Assembly: GCF_030028105.1 (NCBI RefSeq)
Contig: NC_092378.1
Location: 21,012,715 to 21,076,714, forward strand
Source: Mobula birostris
Lineage: Eukaryota
Direction: 5' to 3'
Length of the DNA: 64,000 nucleotides
The first letter of the stretch is position 1; each line of letters starts with the position of its first letter. Of the stretch, positions 24,850 through 36,392 are shown one piece after another. The translations under genes were made by a program, and so were the position numbers. The notes under the pieces are model-generated. The model saw only the letters and a program-made list of their open reading frames with translations, searched no databases and was not told the DNA's origin.

Positions 24850-26975
24850 TGCATATTTTGTGGGTTATGATTCTAAATTGGAGAAAGGACAATTTTGATG
24901 GTATCAGAGAGAATCTGGTAAGTGTGGATTGGGAAAGACTGTTCTGGCAGAGGTGTACTTGACACGTGGAAGGCCTACAAAAGTGATTGTACAGAGCTTA
25001 CATGTTCATATCAGAATAAAAGCCAAGCTTAACAGATTTAGTGAACCTTGGTTTTCAAGAGATATTAAGGCCCTGGTTATGAAAAAGAAGGAGGTGCATA
25101 GCAGCTATAGGTAGGAAGGAGCAAGTGAGGCACTTGAGGAGTATAAGAAATGCAAGAAAACACTTAAGAATGAAATCAGGAGGGCTAAAAGGCAGGAGGC
25201 TCTTTATCTGGTAGACAAGGTGAAGGAGAATCTCAAGGATTTCTCTAGATACATTAAGAACAAAAGGATAGAACATAGAACATAGAAAATTGTGGCACAT
25301 TACAGGCTCTTCAGCCCACAATGTTGTGCCAACAATGTAATTTACTCTGGAGACTACCTAGAATTTTCCTAGCACATAGCCCTCTATTTTTCAAAGCTCC
25401 ATATACCTATCTAAGAGGCTTTTAAAAGAACATATTGTATGGATAGTAAGGGACAAAATTGGTCCTCTGGAAAATCAGAGTGTTCATATAGGCATGGAGC
25501 TGAAAGAGATCGGGAAGGTCTTAAATGGTTCTTTTGCATCTGTATTTACTCAGAAGATATACACAGAGTCTGTAGAAGAGAGGAAATGCAGCAGAGGTCA
25601 TGGACCGTATACAGATTTATGGCCAGTATCAGTGAGCCTGATATCAGTATTAGGAAAGTTATTGGAAAGTATTCTGAGAGACCAGATATGTAAGTATTTG
25701 GTAAGACGGGGACTGACTTTGTGTATGGTAGGTTGTGTTTAACCAAACTTATAGAATATTTTAAGGAAGTTGCAAGGAAAGTTGATGAAGGCAAGACAAT
25801 GGTTGTTGTCTACATGGACTTCAGCAAGGCCTTTGTCAACGTTTTGCATTTGAGATTGATCAAGAAGATTCAGTCACCTGGCATTCAACATGAGGTACTA
25901 AATTGGATTAGACATTGGCTTCACAAGGAGAAGCCTGGGAGTGATAATAGATGGTTACCTCTCTGGCAGGAGGCCTGTGGCTAGTAGTGTGCCACAGGAA
26001 TCGGTGCTAGGTCTGTAGTTGGCTCTTATCTATATCAGTGATCTGATTGATAATATAGTAAACTGGATCAGGAAATTTGCAGATGACGCCACGATTGGGG
26101 GTGTAGTGGATGGTGAGGAAGTCTACCACAGCTTGCAGTGGGATCTGGACCAGCTAGAAAAATGGTCTGAAAATGGCAGATGGGAATTTAATGTGGACAA
26201 GTGTGAAGTGTTGCACTTCGGGAGGACAAGCTAGGGTAAGACTTATAGGGTGAGCAGTAGGGAACAGAGGAGTGCGGTAGAACAGATTATCTGGATATAC
26301 AGATCTATAATTCCTTGAAGGTGGTGTCACTGATAGATAATGTCGCAAAGAAAACTTATGGCATTTTTGGCAGGCTTAAATCTAAGTATTGAGTACAGGA
26401 GTTGAGCTGTTATGTTGTTGTAAAAGATGCTGGTGAGTCCTAATTTGAAGTACTGTGTGCAGTTTTGGTCATCTACCTACAGGAAAGATGTCAAAAAGAT
26501 TAAAAGAGTGCAGAGAAAATTTACAAGGTGTTGCCAGGACTTGAGGACCTGAGTTATGAGTAAACATTGAATTGGTTAGGACTTTATTCCTTTGAGAGTA
26601 GAAGAATGAGGGGAGATCTGATCGAAGTATACAAAATTATGAAGGGTGTATACAGGGTAAATTAAAGTAGGCTTTTTCCACTGAGGTTGTGTGAAACGAG
26701 AAGTAGAGGTCATTGGTTAAGGGTGAAAAGTGAAATGTTTGAGGGGAACATGAGGGGGAACTTCACACAGAAGGTGATGAGAGTGTGGAATAAGCTGCCA
26801 GCAGAAGTAATGATGTCAGGTTTGATTTCAACATTTAAGAAAAATTTGGATAGTTGCATGAGTGAGAGTAGCATGGAGGGCTATGGTGCAGGTTGATGGG
26901 ACTAGGTAGATTAATAGTTTGGCAAGGACTAGGTGGACTGATGGGGCCTGTTTCTGTTCTGTAGTGATCTATGAC
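24850..26975 (+). mobile_element. Degenerate CR1 LINE with an antisense CR1 tail inserted at about 25270-25438
   Basis: CLTKLIEYFKEV, YMDFSKAF, KFADD and NFTQKVMRVWNKLP motifs, with a ctatgactatga tail. Confidence 0.9.
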
Positions 26976-27266
26976 TATGAGTCTATAAGTAGCATCTTTC
27001 ACATACCCAAAGAATTCTAAATAACTTCCAAGCCAAATTAGTATTTCCAAAGTGCAGTCTTTCTTAGGACATACATAATACGGCAGCTAATTGACAAGTT
27101 CCAAGAAATGGTCAGATCATTTGCAGTACGAGTTGACTGAAGGGTTAATGTTGGCCAGCATAGAAGGAGATACCCCAGTACAAATCTGGGCTTTCAATCT
27201 AGAAGAGAAAATATCCTAAGATTTTGAATGATATAAGATAATCAGCAATATAACTTTTAAACATAC

Positions 27267-28536
27267 AGGTGGGGGTTCATGATTGAACTGCTGAGAGTCA
27301 ACTGAACAATTTTTGTGAGGGGTTTGATCCCCATGTAGAAAGGTCTTTCTTACATATAAAATCTTTCTTGAAATAAGCAAGTGCAGCTGAGAGAGAGCCC
27401 TACAGAGGGGAGTTGTGCCCATGCCTGGATGATGAATTAAGATTAGCCAGACAGGCATCTTCATTTGTAAATGTATGGGTGGTATTATGAAATGGAAAAG
27501 GTCTTGTACATTGGAGACAGTGATCTAGAAAGTGAACAATGTGACTAAATGTTTTTGTTCACCATGATGGAAAGTCAGAAATTTACCGTGAGTTGTTCAG
27601 TCTGCCATTTTCCTTCAGCATTCTAATCTCTCTCTCCCCTCTCTCCCTCTGTTTTCTCTCTTTTTTTCCCTGTCACCCTTTCTGTCTTTGATTCTGTCAG
27701 TCTCTCTCTCTTTCTTTCTCTCACACACACAATAAAATTTACACGCCCCACACACAGATTTCTACTGTGACCTTGGGCACAGACTCTCACCACTGAGGAA
27801 TGGCCCGGTGTTACCTCTAATACAGTTGATACCTCACAGGTTCAGGAACCCAAGTTCAATCCTGACCTCTATTGCTGTCTATGTGGAGTGGGCATGATTT
27901 CCCTGTGACATATGGGTTACCACATGTGCTCTGGTTTACCCCACTTCTCAAAGCTGGTAGGTATTCAGACCACTGTAAATAAACCCATGTGTAGATAAGT
28001 GATAGAATCTGAGGTGAAGTGATGCAAGTGTGAGGAGAATTCAATGAGATTTGCGTAAATAGTCAGCATGGACAGTGGGCTGAAGGACTCAACTCCATGT
28101 TGTTTAATCTCCAACTACTAATCCAAATCCTCTAATCTCTCAAGCACAATTTGACTGTTGCCTCCTTCTCTCCCTCCCGCACCATCAATCTCCCAATCCT
28201 GGTCCCAATTACTTTACTCCTAGTTCCCACTCTCCTGATACTGAATGAAGATGACACCGCTGGAGACAATTTTAACTTAGGAAATGAAATCCATGATACT
28301 GATGTTGATAATTGGCATCTGTATCTCCTGCAGACCTCTAGTTGGTCAGGAAGTAATGAAATCCAACCCTTAATCATAGTTCAGAGAGAATTTAGATATT
28401 ATGTATACTTTACAATGTAATAAAAACTTGCTCTCTGGGGTAAGGATGAAAATGATAAAGATTCTGGTGGTCCAAACGTCACTTGATTCCAAGTCTAATG
28501 TTTCTGATGGGCCTCATGTTCAAAGACCAGACAACC
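27267..28536 (-). pseudogene. Three candidate pseudo-exons (about 28428-28536, 28213-28337, 27267-27399)
   Basis: Acceptors caactag, ccaactag and ctctgtag. Donors gtaatt and gtatgt; the first donor is weak. Frames such as RSAGDTDANYQHQYHGFHFLS*NCLQRCHLHSVSGEWELGV. Confidence 0.45.
27625..27730. repeat. CT-rich imperfect microsatellite
   Basis: Runs of (ct)n followed by (ca)n. Confidence 0.8.
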
Positions 28537-28639
28537 CTAGTTGTTGTAACAGAGTAATCTATTATACAGGGTACACTGAAAAGCACGTGTACACTCAGTA
28601 TATTAACTCTTCCGTGCTCATATGGGAGGCTTAACTGGT

Positions 28640-30300
28640 AAATACAAGATCTGGAGAGGGTCCTGAAGAGGTTTATGAGAATAATCCTACGAATGAAAGT
28701 GTTAGTGTATGAGGAATGTCTTATGGTTCTGGGCTTTTTTTCCCTCGCTCCGGTTTAGAAGGATGAGGGGGATCTCATGAAACCTACCGAATGTTGTAAG
28801 GCCTGAATAGAGTGAACATAGAGAGGATGTTTCCAGTAGTAGGAGAGTCTAGTATCAAAGCCTCAGAGTAAAAGGGTGTCTCTTTAGAACTTATATGAGG
28901 AAGAATTTATTTAGCCAGAGATTTAATATTATTTAATGTTTGTTGTTGTTGTTGTTGTTGTTGTTCAGTCTGACTCTTTGTGACTTCATGGACCATAGGG
29001 TCCATAGGCTTCTCATGACAAGATACAGAAGCAGATTGCCAGGCTTTTCTTCCACGCAGATACTGCTGCTGCCCAGGTTGGGACCTGGCTGGATTTGAAC
29101 TCAAGACCACCTACTTTGAAATCCAGTATTGATGCCACTACACCACCAGCTGGAGAAAAACATACTTGTTTTTCTGGATCCATGCAGCAAAAAAAAAGGT
29201 GAAGAACACAATAATAATACTACACAATAAATATAAATACATAAAATAGCTTATAATCATAGATTGATTGCATGTCCATAAAGTGACATCAGGAACAGGA
29301 GTGTCTGTATATAATGTGACTGACCGGAAATAATAAAGTAGTGGTGGTTGGGGGCATGGAAGGGTGTTTTAGTGGGTGGAGGTGTTGATCAGCCTACAGC
29401 TTGGGGAAAGTAACTGTTTATAAGTCTGGTGGTCCTGGCATGGATGCTACGTAGCCTCTTCCCTGATGGGAGTAGGACCAACAGCCCATTAGCAGGGCGG
29501 GTGGAGTTCTTCATGATGTCAATGACCCTTTTCAGGCCTTGTTGGCTGATAGGCTGATGCTGATAATGTGTTTGACTACCTGTTGTAGAGCCTTCCTGCC
29601 TGCTGAAGTGTAGTTACTGTACCAAGCAAGGATACAGCTTGCTAGGAGGCCTTCTGTGCATCTGTAGAATGATGTGAGGTATTGATGTGCAAAGTCCAGC
29701 TCACTCCAGCCTTCTCAGAGGTAGTGGTGTTGGGGAGCTTTTCTGACTGTATAGGATGTGTTCTGGAACTATGAGAGGCTGTGTGAGATGTACACTCCCA
29801 GGAGCTTGGAAATGCCTTCTGCGCCACCAATGTTAAGGGGGGGGGGTGTGTGTGTGAGTAGTGTGAGTTCTCCTGAAATCGATAACCATCTCCTTTGTCT
29901 TGTTGGCATCAAGGAAGACGCTACTTGCCTGGCACCAGGCCTCGAGCTCTTCCACCTCCTCTCGGTAGCCTCTCTCATTATTATTGCTGGTGATGAGCCC
30001 TTGCCCTATCGGTCATCGGCGAACTCGACAACGTGCTTACAGTCATGTGTGAGTAGAGTGTACAGCAATGGGCTCAGCACACAGACCCCGGGGGGGGGGG
30101 GGCATCCGTGTTGAGGATAATAGGAAGGGAGGAGCAGTTGTGCATCCTGGCTATCTGAGATCTATTTGGTAGGAAGTCCAACACCCAGTGGCAGAGTAAT
30201 GTATTTAGACCAAGGAGTTGGAGTTTGTTCACCAAGGTCTGTGGAACGATAATATTGAATACTGAACTGCAATCCAGAAGCAGCATTCTGACATAACCGT
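28640..30300. mobile_element. Cluster: CR1 fragment (+, 28640-28920), SINE with (CAA)n tail (-, 28940-29150), Rex1/Babar LINE (-, 29150-30300)
   Basis: (gtt)n at 28940-28965. The minus strand reads LLDCSSVFNIIVPQTLVNKL...LCHWVLDFLPNRSQ and KLLGVYISHSLS. Confidence 0.75.
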
Positions 30301-30334
30301 CAAAATCAGCCTTGAAGTATAAAATAGGTATTAT

Positions 30335-31915
30335 ACTTCCAAATAATTACCTATTTTAAGCTACATTTGTTCAAAGTAACCCAAGCAAGGATATTTTGAT
30401 TCCTCTTGAATCTATTAAGGCTTCGCCTTTGTAGTGCGCAATAGGTATATCAGAGGTACAAGAGAATCTAAAGATCAAAGCTTCAGAGGTACATTTATTA
30501 TCAAAGTATGTATGCAGTGTACAACTAATATCTTTATTGGAAATTGAAGGTAGCATCTTAAGACCAGCAATACTGAAAAGGAGAAGGGGATACCTCTACA
30601 GATTAGAATTGAATTCCTTTAGTTTCTCAGTACATAACCTACTCAAAATCAAAACAGCACCACACTGTGGACAGATCAAAAGTAGAGACGTCCTGTGTAT
30701 TTCTGCTAAGCTGGCAAACAGGTTTACAGACACTGCTACTCAAAGGATATGAAGGTATTGTTCAAAAATAGTTTTAGATAGCTTCATAGACAGTAGGTTT
30801 AAACTGGTTAATGAACTAGTGATTCTATGATCTTCTTAAGGCTTGATAGACTTAACTCTCAAGCATGCAGGATAAAAGACACATAGAAAAAGTGAATCTG
30901 AAATTTATTTGCACAGATGGTTGTGGAGGCCAAGTTATTGAGTATATTTAACATGGTGTTTGATAGGTTCTTGATTAATAAAAACTTCAAAGGTTACAGG
31001 GAGAAGGCAGTAGAATGGGGTTGAGAGGGAAAATTAAAACAGCCATAATTGAATGGTGGAGTAGACATGATGGGCCTCTTGGCCTAATTCAGCTCACCTA
31101 TCTTATGGTCCTATGGCCTTATGATCTTCTAAGTCTTGCTGTCAAAAAAACACAAGTATAAAGCCCAGATGACCACTGCACTTCCTCCCTGGGAAATTCA
31201 AAATCTGTCCAATTCCACCTCATTTCTGGTCCTGGTTGGCCAAATACCTCTGCTTAAGAGCATAGTTTCAATGGTGGAAATATCTGGTGGGTGAGGAAGC
31301 ATGGTTAAAGACAGGTAAATGGTCAATAGCGTATTTTGAACATGTATTCTTGTGCAAACGATTACTGTAAAAAGAAAGAAATAATTGAAAATGTTTTATA
31401 TGAATGGAGCATACTTCTATGAAAGTATGAAATCAAAATGAATATTTCCAAGAAATTACCTATTTTAAGCTACTTTTGTTCAAAGTAACCCAAGCAAGAA
31501 TATTTTGAATCTGTTAAGGCTTCTCCTCTGTAGTGCTCAACAGGTATATCAGAGGTACAAGAGAGTCTAAAGATCAAAGCTTCAAAGGTACATTTATTAT
31601 CAAAGTATGTATGCAGCGTACAACTAATATCATCTTTATTGAAATTTGAAGGCAGCATCTTAAGAAGATGAGCAATACTGAAAAGGGGAAGAGGATGTTT
31701 CAATTCAGTAGAATGAATACCTCCACAGAGTAGTATTGAACTCCTTTGGTTTCTCAGTACGTAATCTACTCAAAATCAAAACAGCACCACACTGTGGACA
31801 GATCAGAAGTAGAGACATCCTGTGTATTTCTGCTAAGCTGGCAAACAGGTTTACAGACACTGCTACTCGAAGGATATGAAGGTATTGTTCAAAAATTGTT
31901 TCAGATAGCTTCATA
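30335..31915. repeat. Local direct duplication of about 460 bp (30335-30788 and 31445-31915) containing part of the pseudo-exon
   Basis: The two blocks align along their length and share, for example, ctactcaaaatcaaaacagcaccacactgtggacagatca and tcctgtgtatttctgctaagctggcaaacaggtttacagacactgctactc. They are separated by about 650 bp that includes a CR1 3' fragment. Confidence 0.95.
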
Positions 31916-31960
31916 ACTTCCAGTTTGAGAAAGTAGGTTCATGTATTTTCAGCAATATAA
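31721..31960 (-). pseudogene. Well-preserved pseudo-exon (240 nt) with a CPxCG motif
   Basis: tttggtag|...gag|gtattc. Reads YIAENT*TYFLKLEVMKLSETIFEQYLHILRVAVSVNLFASLAEIHRMSLLLICPQCGAVLILSRLRTEKPKEFNTTLW, with one stop in 79 codons. Confidence 0.7.
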
Positions 31961-32345
31961 CTACCAAATATTTCATGGCCTTTAAACATTAATTTCCAAT
32001 GATGGAGTCAGTTCAGGTGGCTAAAATTATATGATTGAGAGAGAGAAAATTATAAAAATAGAAATATTACAAGGTAAGTTTACAATTTGATTGTAACGGC
32101 TAAAACTTTACTATTTTCCGAATGCGAAGGGCATTTAAAATTATAACCTACTAATGTTATAGAAGCAACAATGCTAATAATCTAGAAAGTAGATATGTTT
32201 ACATTTACTAATTTTTTAGAAATGTTCCTTGAATGTTAATATTTCCAAATATCATATTCACAATGGAGCATTTTGGAAAATTAATCTTGGTCAGTGAATA
32301 TACTAAATAATAAATAGTAATCTCTTCATGCAGAAAGCAACTTAC

Positions 32346-32477
32346 TTTTAATAATAAACTGCAGGATATCATAGACTCACAAATTTGACAACAAGCAGGA
32401 TTTTAGTGTCAACAAATCTTTCTTAAAATCACTAGCAGTATCGATTCAATGTTGTTGCATTCATTCATACTTCACCC
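32346..32477 (-). pseudogene. Candidate pseudo-exon (132 nt)
   Basis: ttccttacag|...aaa|gtaagt. Reads VKYE*MQQH*IDTASDFKKDLLTLKSCLLSNL*VYDILQFIIK; all three stops are TGA. Confidence 0.6.
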
Positions 32478-33409
32478 CTGTAAGGAATTAAAACGGTGGT
32501 GAAGAACTTCCACCCATCAATTTTAAGTTCTAAGATTGAAGTTCAAAATACATTCATTATCAAAGTGTGTATATTATATATAACTTTGAAATTCATCTCC
32601 TTATAGGCAGCCACAAAACAAAGAAACCCATTAGAACCCATTTAAAAGAAAGGCCGTCAAACACCCAATGTGCAGAGATAAAAAAAAACAAACCATGCAA
32701 ACAATAAAAGTAAGCAAATTACATTCAGAAATGAAGTTCACAAAAAAGAGTCCACAGACATGAAGTCAGCAGTTGATTCAGGAGCCCGTTAATTGCAAGT
32801 CAGAGCCTTGGTTCAGTGCAGAAGAATAAACCTCACCTAGCAGCATGCTGAACCAGCCCATCCCTCGCCTCTGGCTCTGACAAGCTGGGCTTTCAAGCTG
32901 GTCCTGCACTTAAGTCGGCCAAATCTTGGCTTGTTCCTTGCTCTCAGACCTGGGCCCTGACGCTTCAATATCTCTCGGGCCCTAGTCTTACTGCCTCCAT
33001 TCAGCCCGTACCTGACCTTTCCAATTCGGCCTGGGGCTTAAATTGATCAAACCTCAGGTCTTTCTTTGCTCTTGGGCCAGGGTTCCACCTTGACTCTGCC
33101 TCGCCTCGGTTCTGTTGCTTCAGATTGCCTCCAAGTCCACTCCAGCAATGGACAAACATTTGCTCATTTCGCATTCTCGTGCCCAGGCCAAGTCACCTCA
33201 ATCTGGCCCATACACAAGTTGCTATCGTTAAGTAATCCCATTTAACAATGTGGCAGTATGCAACCCAAATAGTTTTTTTTTGTGATACCTGAATAAAATT
33301 CCTACATCTGGAAGGAGTTCTGTTCTGTTCATGGACAGTACCACTTATGACTGAAAGTTAGGAAATTGGAAGCTTTACCAAATGACACTCCTTCCATCTG
33401 ATAGCCTGC

Positions 33410-33725
33410 AGCTATACCCTTGGACAAGGTGCTGCAGCTGCTTAGCACCCCCTCCCCCATTCAGGGTCACATGAAGCCATGGGAGCAGGTTGTGGCTGGT
33501 CAAACAAACAGTTGGTGCATATCACTAGTCCTGGTATGTGACCATTGATGCCAGGCAGACAATCTCTGAAGAATATTGATAATGGCTGGGGTCACCAGTC
33601 CTCTAAAGACACTGCTGAGAAGCAGGCAATGACAAACCACTTCTGTAGCAAAATTTGCCAAGAACAATCATAGTCAAGACCATGATCACCCATGTCATAC
33701 AACGCAGCACTTAATGAATGAATTA
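33410..33725 (+). mobile_element. RTE-type 3' end or SINE
   Basis: Homologous to 54265-54620 (ccatgggagcaggt...gccaggcaga...ggcaatg.caaaccact). Ends in a short (aatg)n tail. Confidence 0.6.
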
Positions 33726-34827
33726 ACTCTAGTTAATCATGTTCACTGTTATGACATTTTTTTTTAAACTTCCCTTGCATGTGGTCTTAGAGTTCAAAAC
33801 CAGAAAATCCAGGTGAGAAGTCCAAAGATCCCAAATATTCTTGTTGGTTCTGGTAGAATCAACATAGAAAATAGCAGTGAGCCAGTTATTTGTTGCTGCT
33901 GTTACTGGGGTTTTGCTTTGTGGCTGTGAGTTTGGAACTCATGTGTCTATTTCAAGACCAATTAGTAGAGTGTCTGACTTCTAGATGCAGCCTATATGGA
34001 AGACTTCCCTATCTGGGGTCCATTGCTTCCCTGGTTTAATGAAGACCCACCCTCGGACTGAAATCTGACAAACTAAACAAAGTAAGGTGCTTCAGTCTCT
34101 AAAAGACCTAAGTTCACTTCAGTAGGACTATGAGTGAGCAGAAGCCTTGGGGTTTTCAAAAAGTATCTTTGTGATTTATTTTCACTATATATTAATCTGT
34201 ATCATCCCCACTGTCACAATTCCCCCCTCCCATTTGACTCGGGAGATAAAGCTGTGATGCTGCATATTTCTGAGTCTGTGAGGGACAAGGGAGGAAATAT
34301 ATTTCAGACTGAAACTTATAATTCTTTCAGAGGTTCAGTGGTTGAAAATGGGAATCCTACATATTCTCCAGAAAGCAGGTTGTGGTTTTCGAGGGCAGAA
34401 TTCCTCAAACTTGCTTTTTGTTTGGAATATCACAATCAGAATGAAACAAGTGGATAGCAGAATGATGTTTGGTCTTGGAGTAGCTAGAACTTTGATAATT
34501 TAGTTGCTTATGTTCAGATGGACTTGCCACAGCCAACAATTGGTTAATATGACTTTTAATGATTGGTGGCCGATTTGATCCCACCAACTTCCTTCCAGTC
34601 AAGGTTGAAAATGTCATCTACTAGAGAACCACATACGTCATATGACATTTTAATAGGTTTGCTCTGGACAGCAGATTTAAATTTTGCCCCATAGGTGAAG
34701 ATCTTCCTTTGGTAGTAGTTGCTTTATTATTACTACTGAATAATCAAATTCATGTATACAAGAACATCTTTATGAATCAGTATTAAAATGTTCTCTTTGA
34801 AGGAGAATAATTTTAAAGACAGACAAA

Positions 34828-34908
34828 CAAAGGTTTCCAACCATTTTTATGCCATGCAGTATTACTGTTAACCGAGGGGTCTGTGGACCCTAGGCTGGGA
34901 ACCCCTGC
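34828..34908. mobile_element. Small hAT-like MITE
   Basis: Degenerate terminal inverted repeats caaaggtttccaacc ... ggctgggaacccctg. Confidence 0.55.
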
Positions 34909-35116
34909 ACTGAGTGATAAATACCACTGACTTTACCTATTCCCTTGTCACACTCAGACACCACAGCTAATAGAGAAAAAAAATGTTTTCTCTGGCTGTC
35001 TTTATTTACTGTTTCAGAAAGAAAGAACACAGAAGCCACATCTTTATATTCTATTTAGATTTTATTTCTGAATTAAATTGACCTCCTTTCAATGCAAGTA
35101 TACACACAAACTTATA

Positions 35117-35214
35117 GCAACACACATCAAAGTTGCTGGTGAATGCAGCAGGCCAGGCAGCAACTTTGAAGTGTGTTGCTTGAATTTCCAGCATCTGCAG
35201 AATTCCTCATGTTT
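35117..35214. mobile_element. Penelope-derived hairpin mini-insertion with 13-bp target-site duplication
   Basis: acacaaacttata at 35104-35116 and 35215-35227. Internal inverted repeat gcaacacacatcaaagttgctg / cagcaactttgaagtgtgttgc. Confidence 0.85.
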
Positions 35215-35274
35215 ACACAAACTTATATTTGTGTTAGAGAACAAAACGTGCACTTTTGCAAATAAAATAACTAC

Positions 35275-36279
35275 CAAAAGACAGAAATGAATATCCTACA
35301 AATTTAATGTCACAGTATTTCATCATATTTTTGAAGACTTTCAATCATGGATCAATGAACTTCATAGGCCATTATGTATCTTGAGTTTCTGACAAGCAAT
35401 GAATTTCTGGGTACAATACTTCACTAAGACTTTGGTCTTCTTAAGCTATACAGTATCAAAATTTGAGAACATTACTGTTATGTGTCATGGGGCATTTGAA
35501 AACTTGAAAACATTACTAAGAAGTGGTAAGTATGAAATCTATTGTTGTACATGAACCAACATATTGAATGCAGTGTGCAACAGCACTGCTGATTTTCAGT
35601 CAGAGTCTAAATCATCAGAATTAAGAGGACTTCTATTTTATATTTCATAAAATAAGTCCTGTTATTTCATTCTTAATTTAGTACTAACTGTATATATTTT
35701 GCATATATTACTAGTTGATAAACACCACCATTATTTTACACAATAATATTTTTGTCAATCTAGGTTAACAAATACATTTTCTGAAAAATTTACAAAGGAC
35801 ATAATTCCCTTGAAAAGCCATCTGTCTGCATGAGTCAAAATACTGGCATATATGACTGTAAAATTTAGTGTCTTACCAGAAGACTCTTCAATTCACATGG
35901 CTAAGTTTTCCATGAATCCAAGCTGATAGTTAAACAATAAAGCCATAGAGCGTCTTAACAAAGCTATGCAGCATTAAATTTGGGTAAAACATTTGGAATT
36001 TACAGCTACATGGTGACCGAATGTATCCTCTCCAGCTACATAATATATAGCATTCACTTGTCTGGATTTGAAGTCACCAGCATATTGAAAAGTGAGCATA
36101 ATGGTAACCTTAAATATTTCCATCTTGACAGCTCTATTTATGTTCTTGATCTCCCTTTCATCTCACTATTTATGTATCACTATTATTTCTGTGATGATCT
36201 CCCTCAATTCACCCATACCTTCATTGAAACAACTGCGTCAACTGGAAGAGGGACTGGAGGAATCTACCTTGAGTGACAG
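35275..36279 (-). pseudogene. Three candidate pseudo-exons (36219-36279, 35877-35963, about 35275-35445)
   Basis: Donors aag|gtatgg and ctg|gtaaga. Frames LLRRSMALLFNYQLGFMENLAM*IEESS and EDQSLSEVLYPEIHCLSETQDT*WPMKFIDP*LKVFKNMMKYC join in phase 1. Confidence 0.55.
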
Positions 36280-36392
36280 CTGCATTTATTGAAATTAATG
36301 CATGTAAGACTTTAACCACCTGTATGGAACATCAAACAGGAAATTAAGTGTGTGTTTGCAAACTCCAGCCATTTTGAATAGGAATCATCCTT

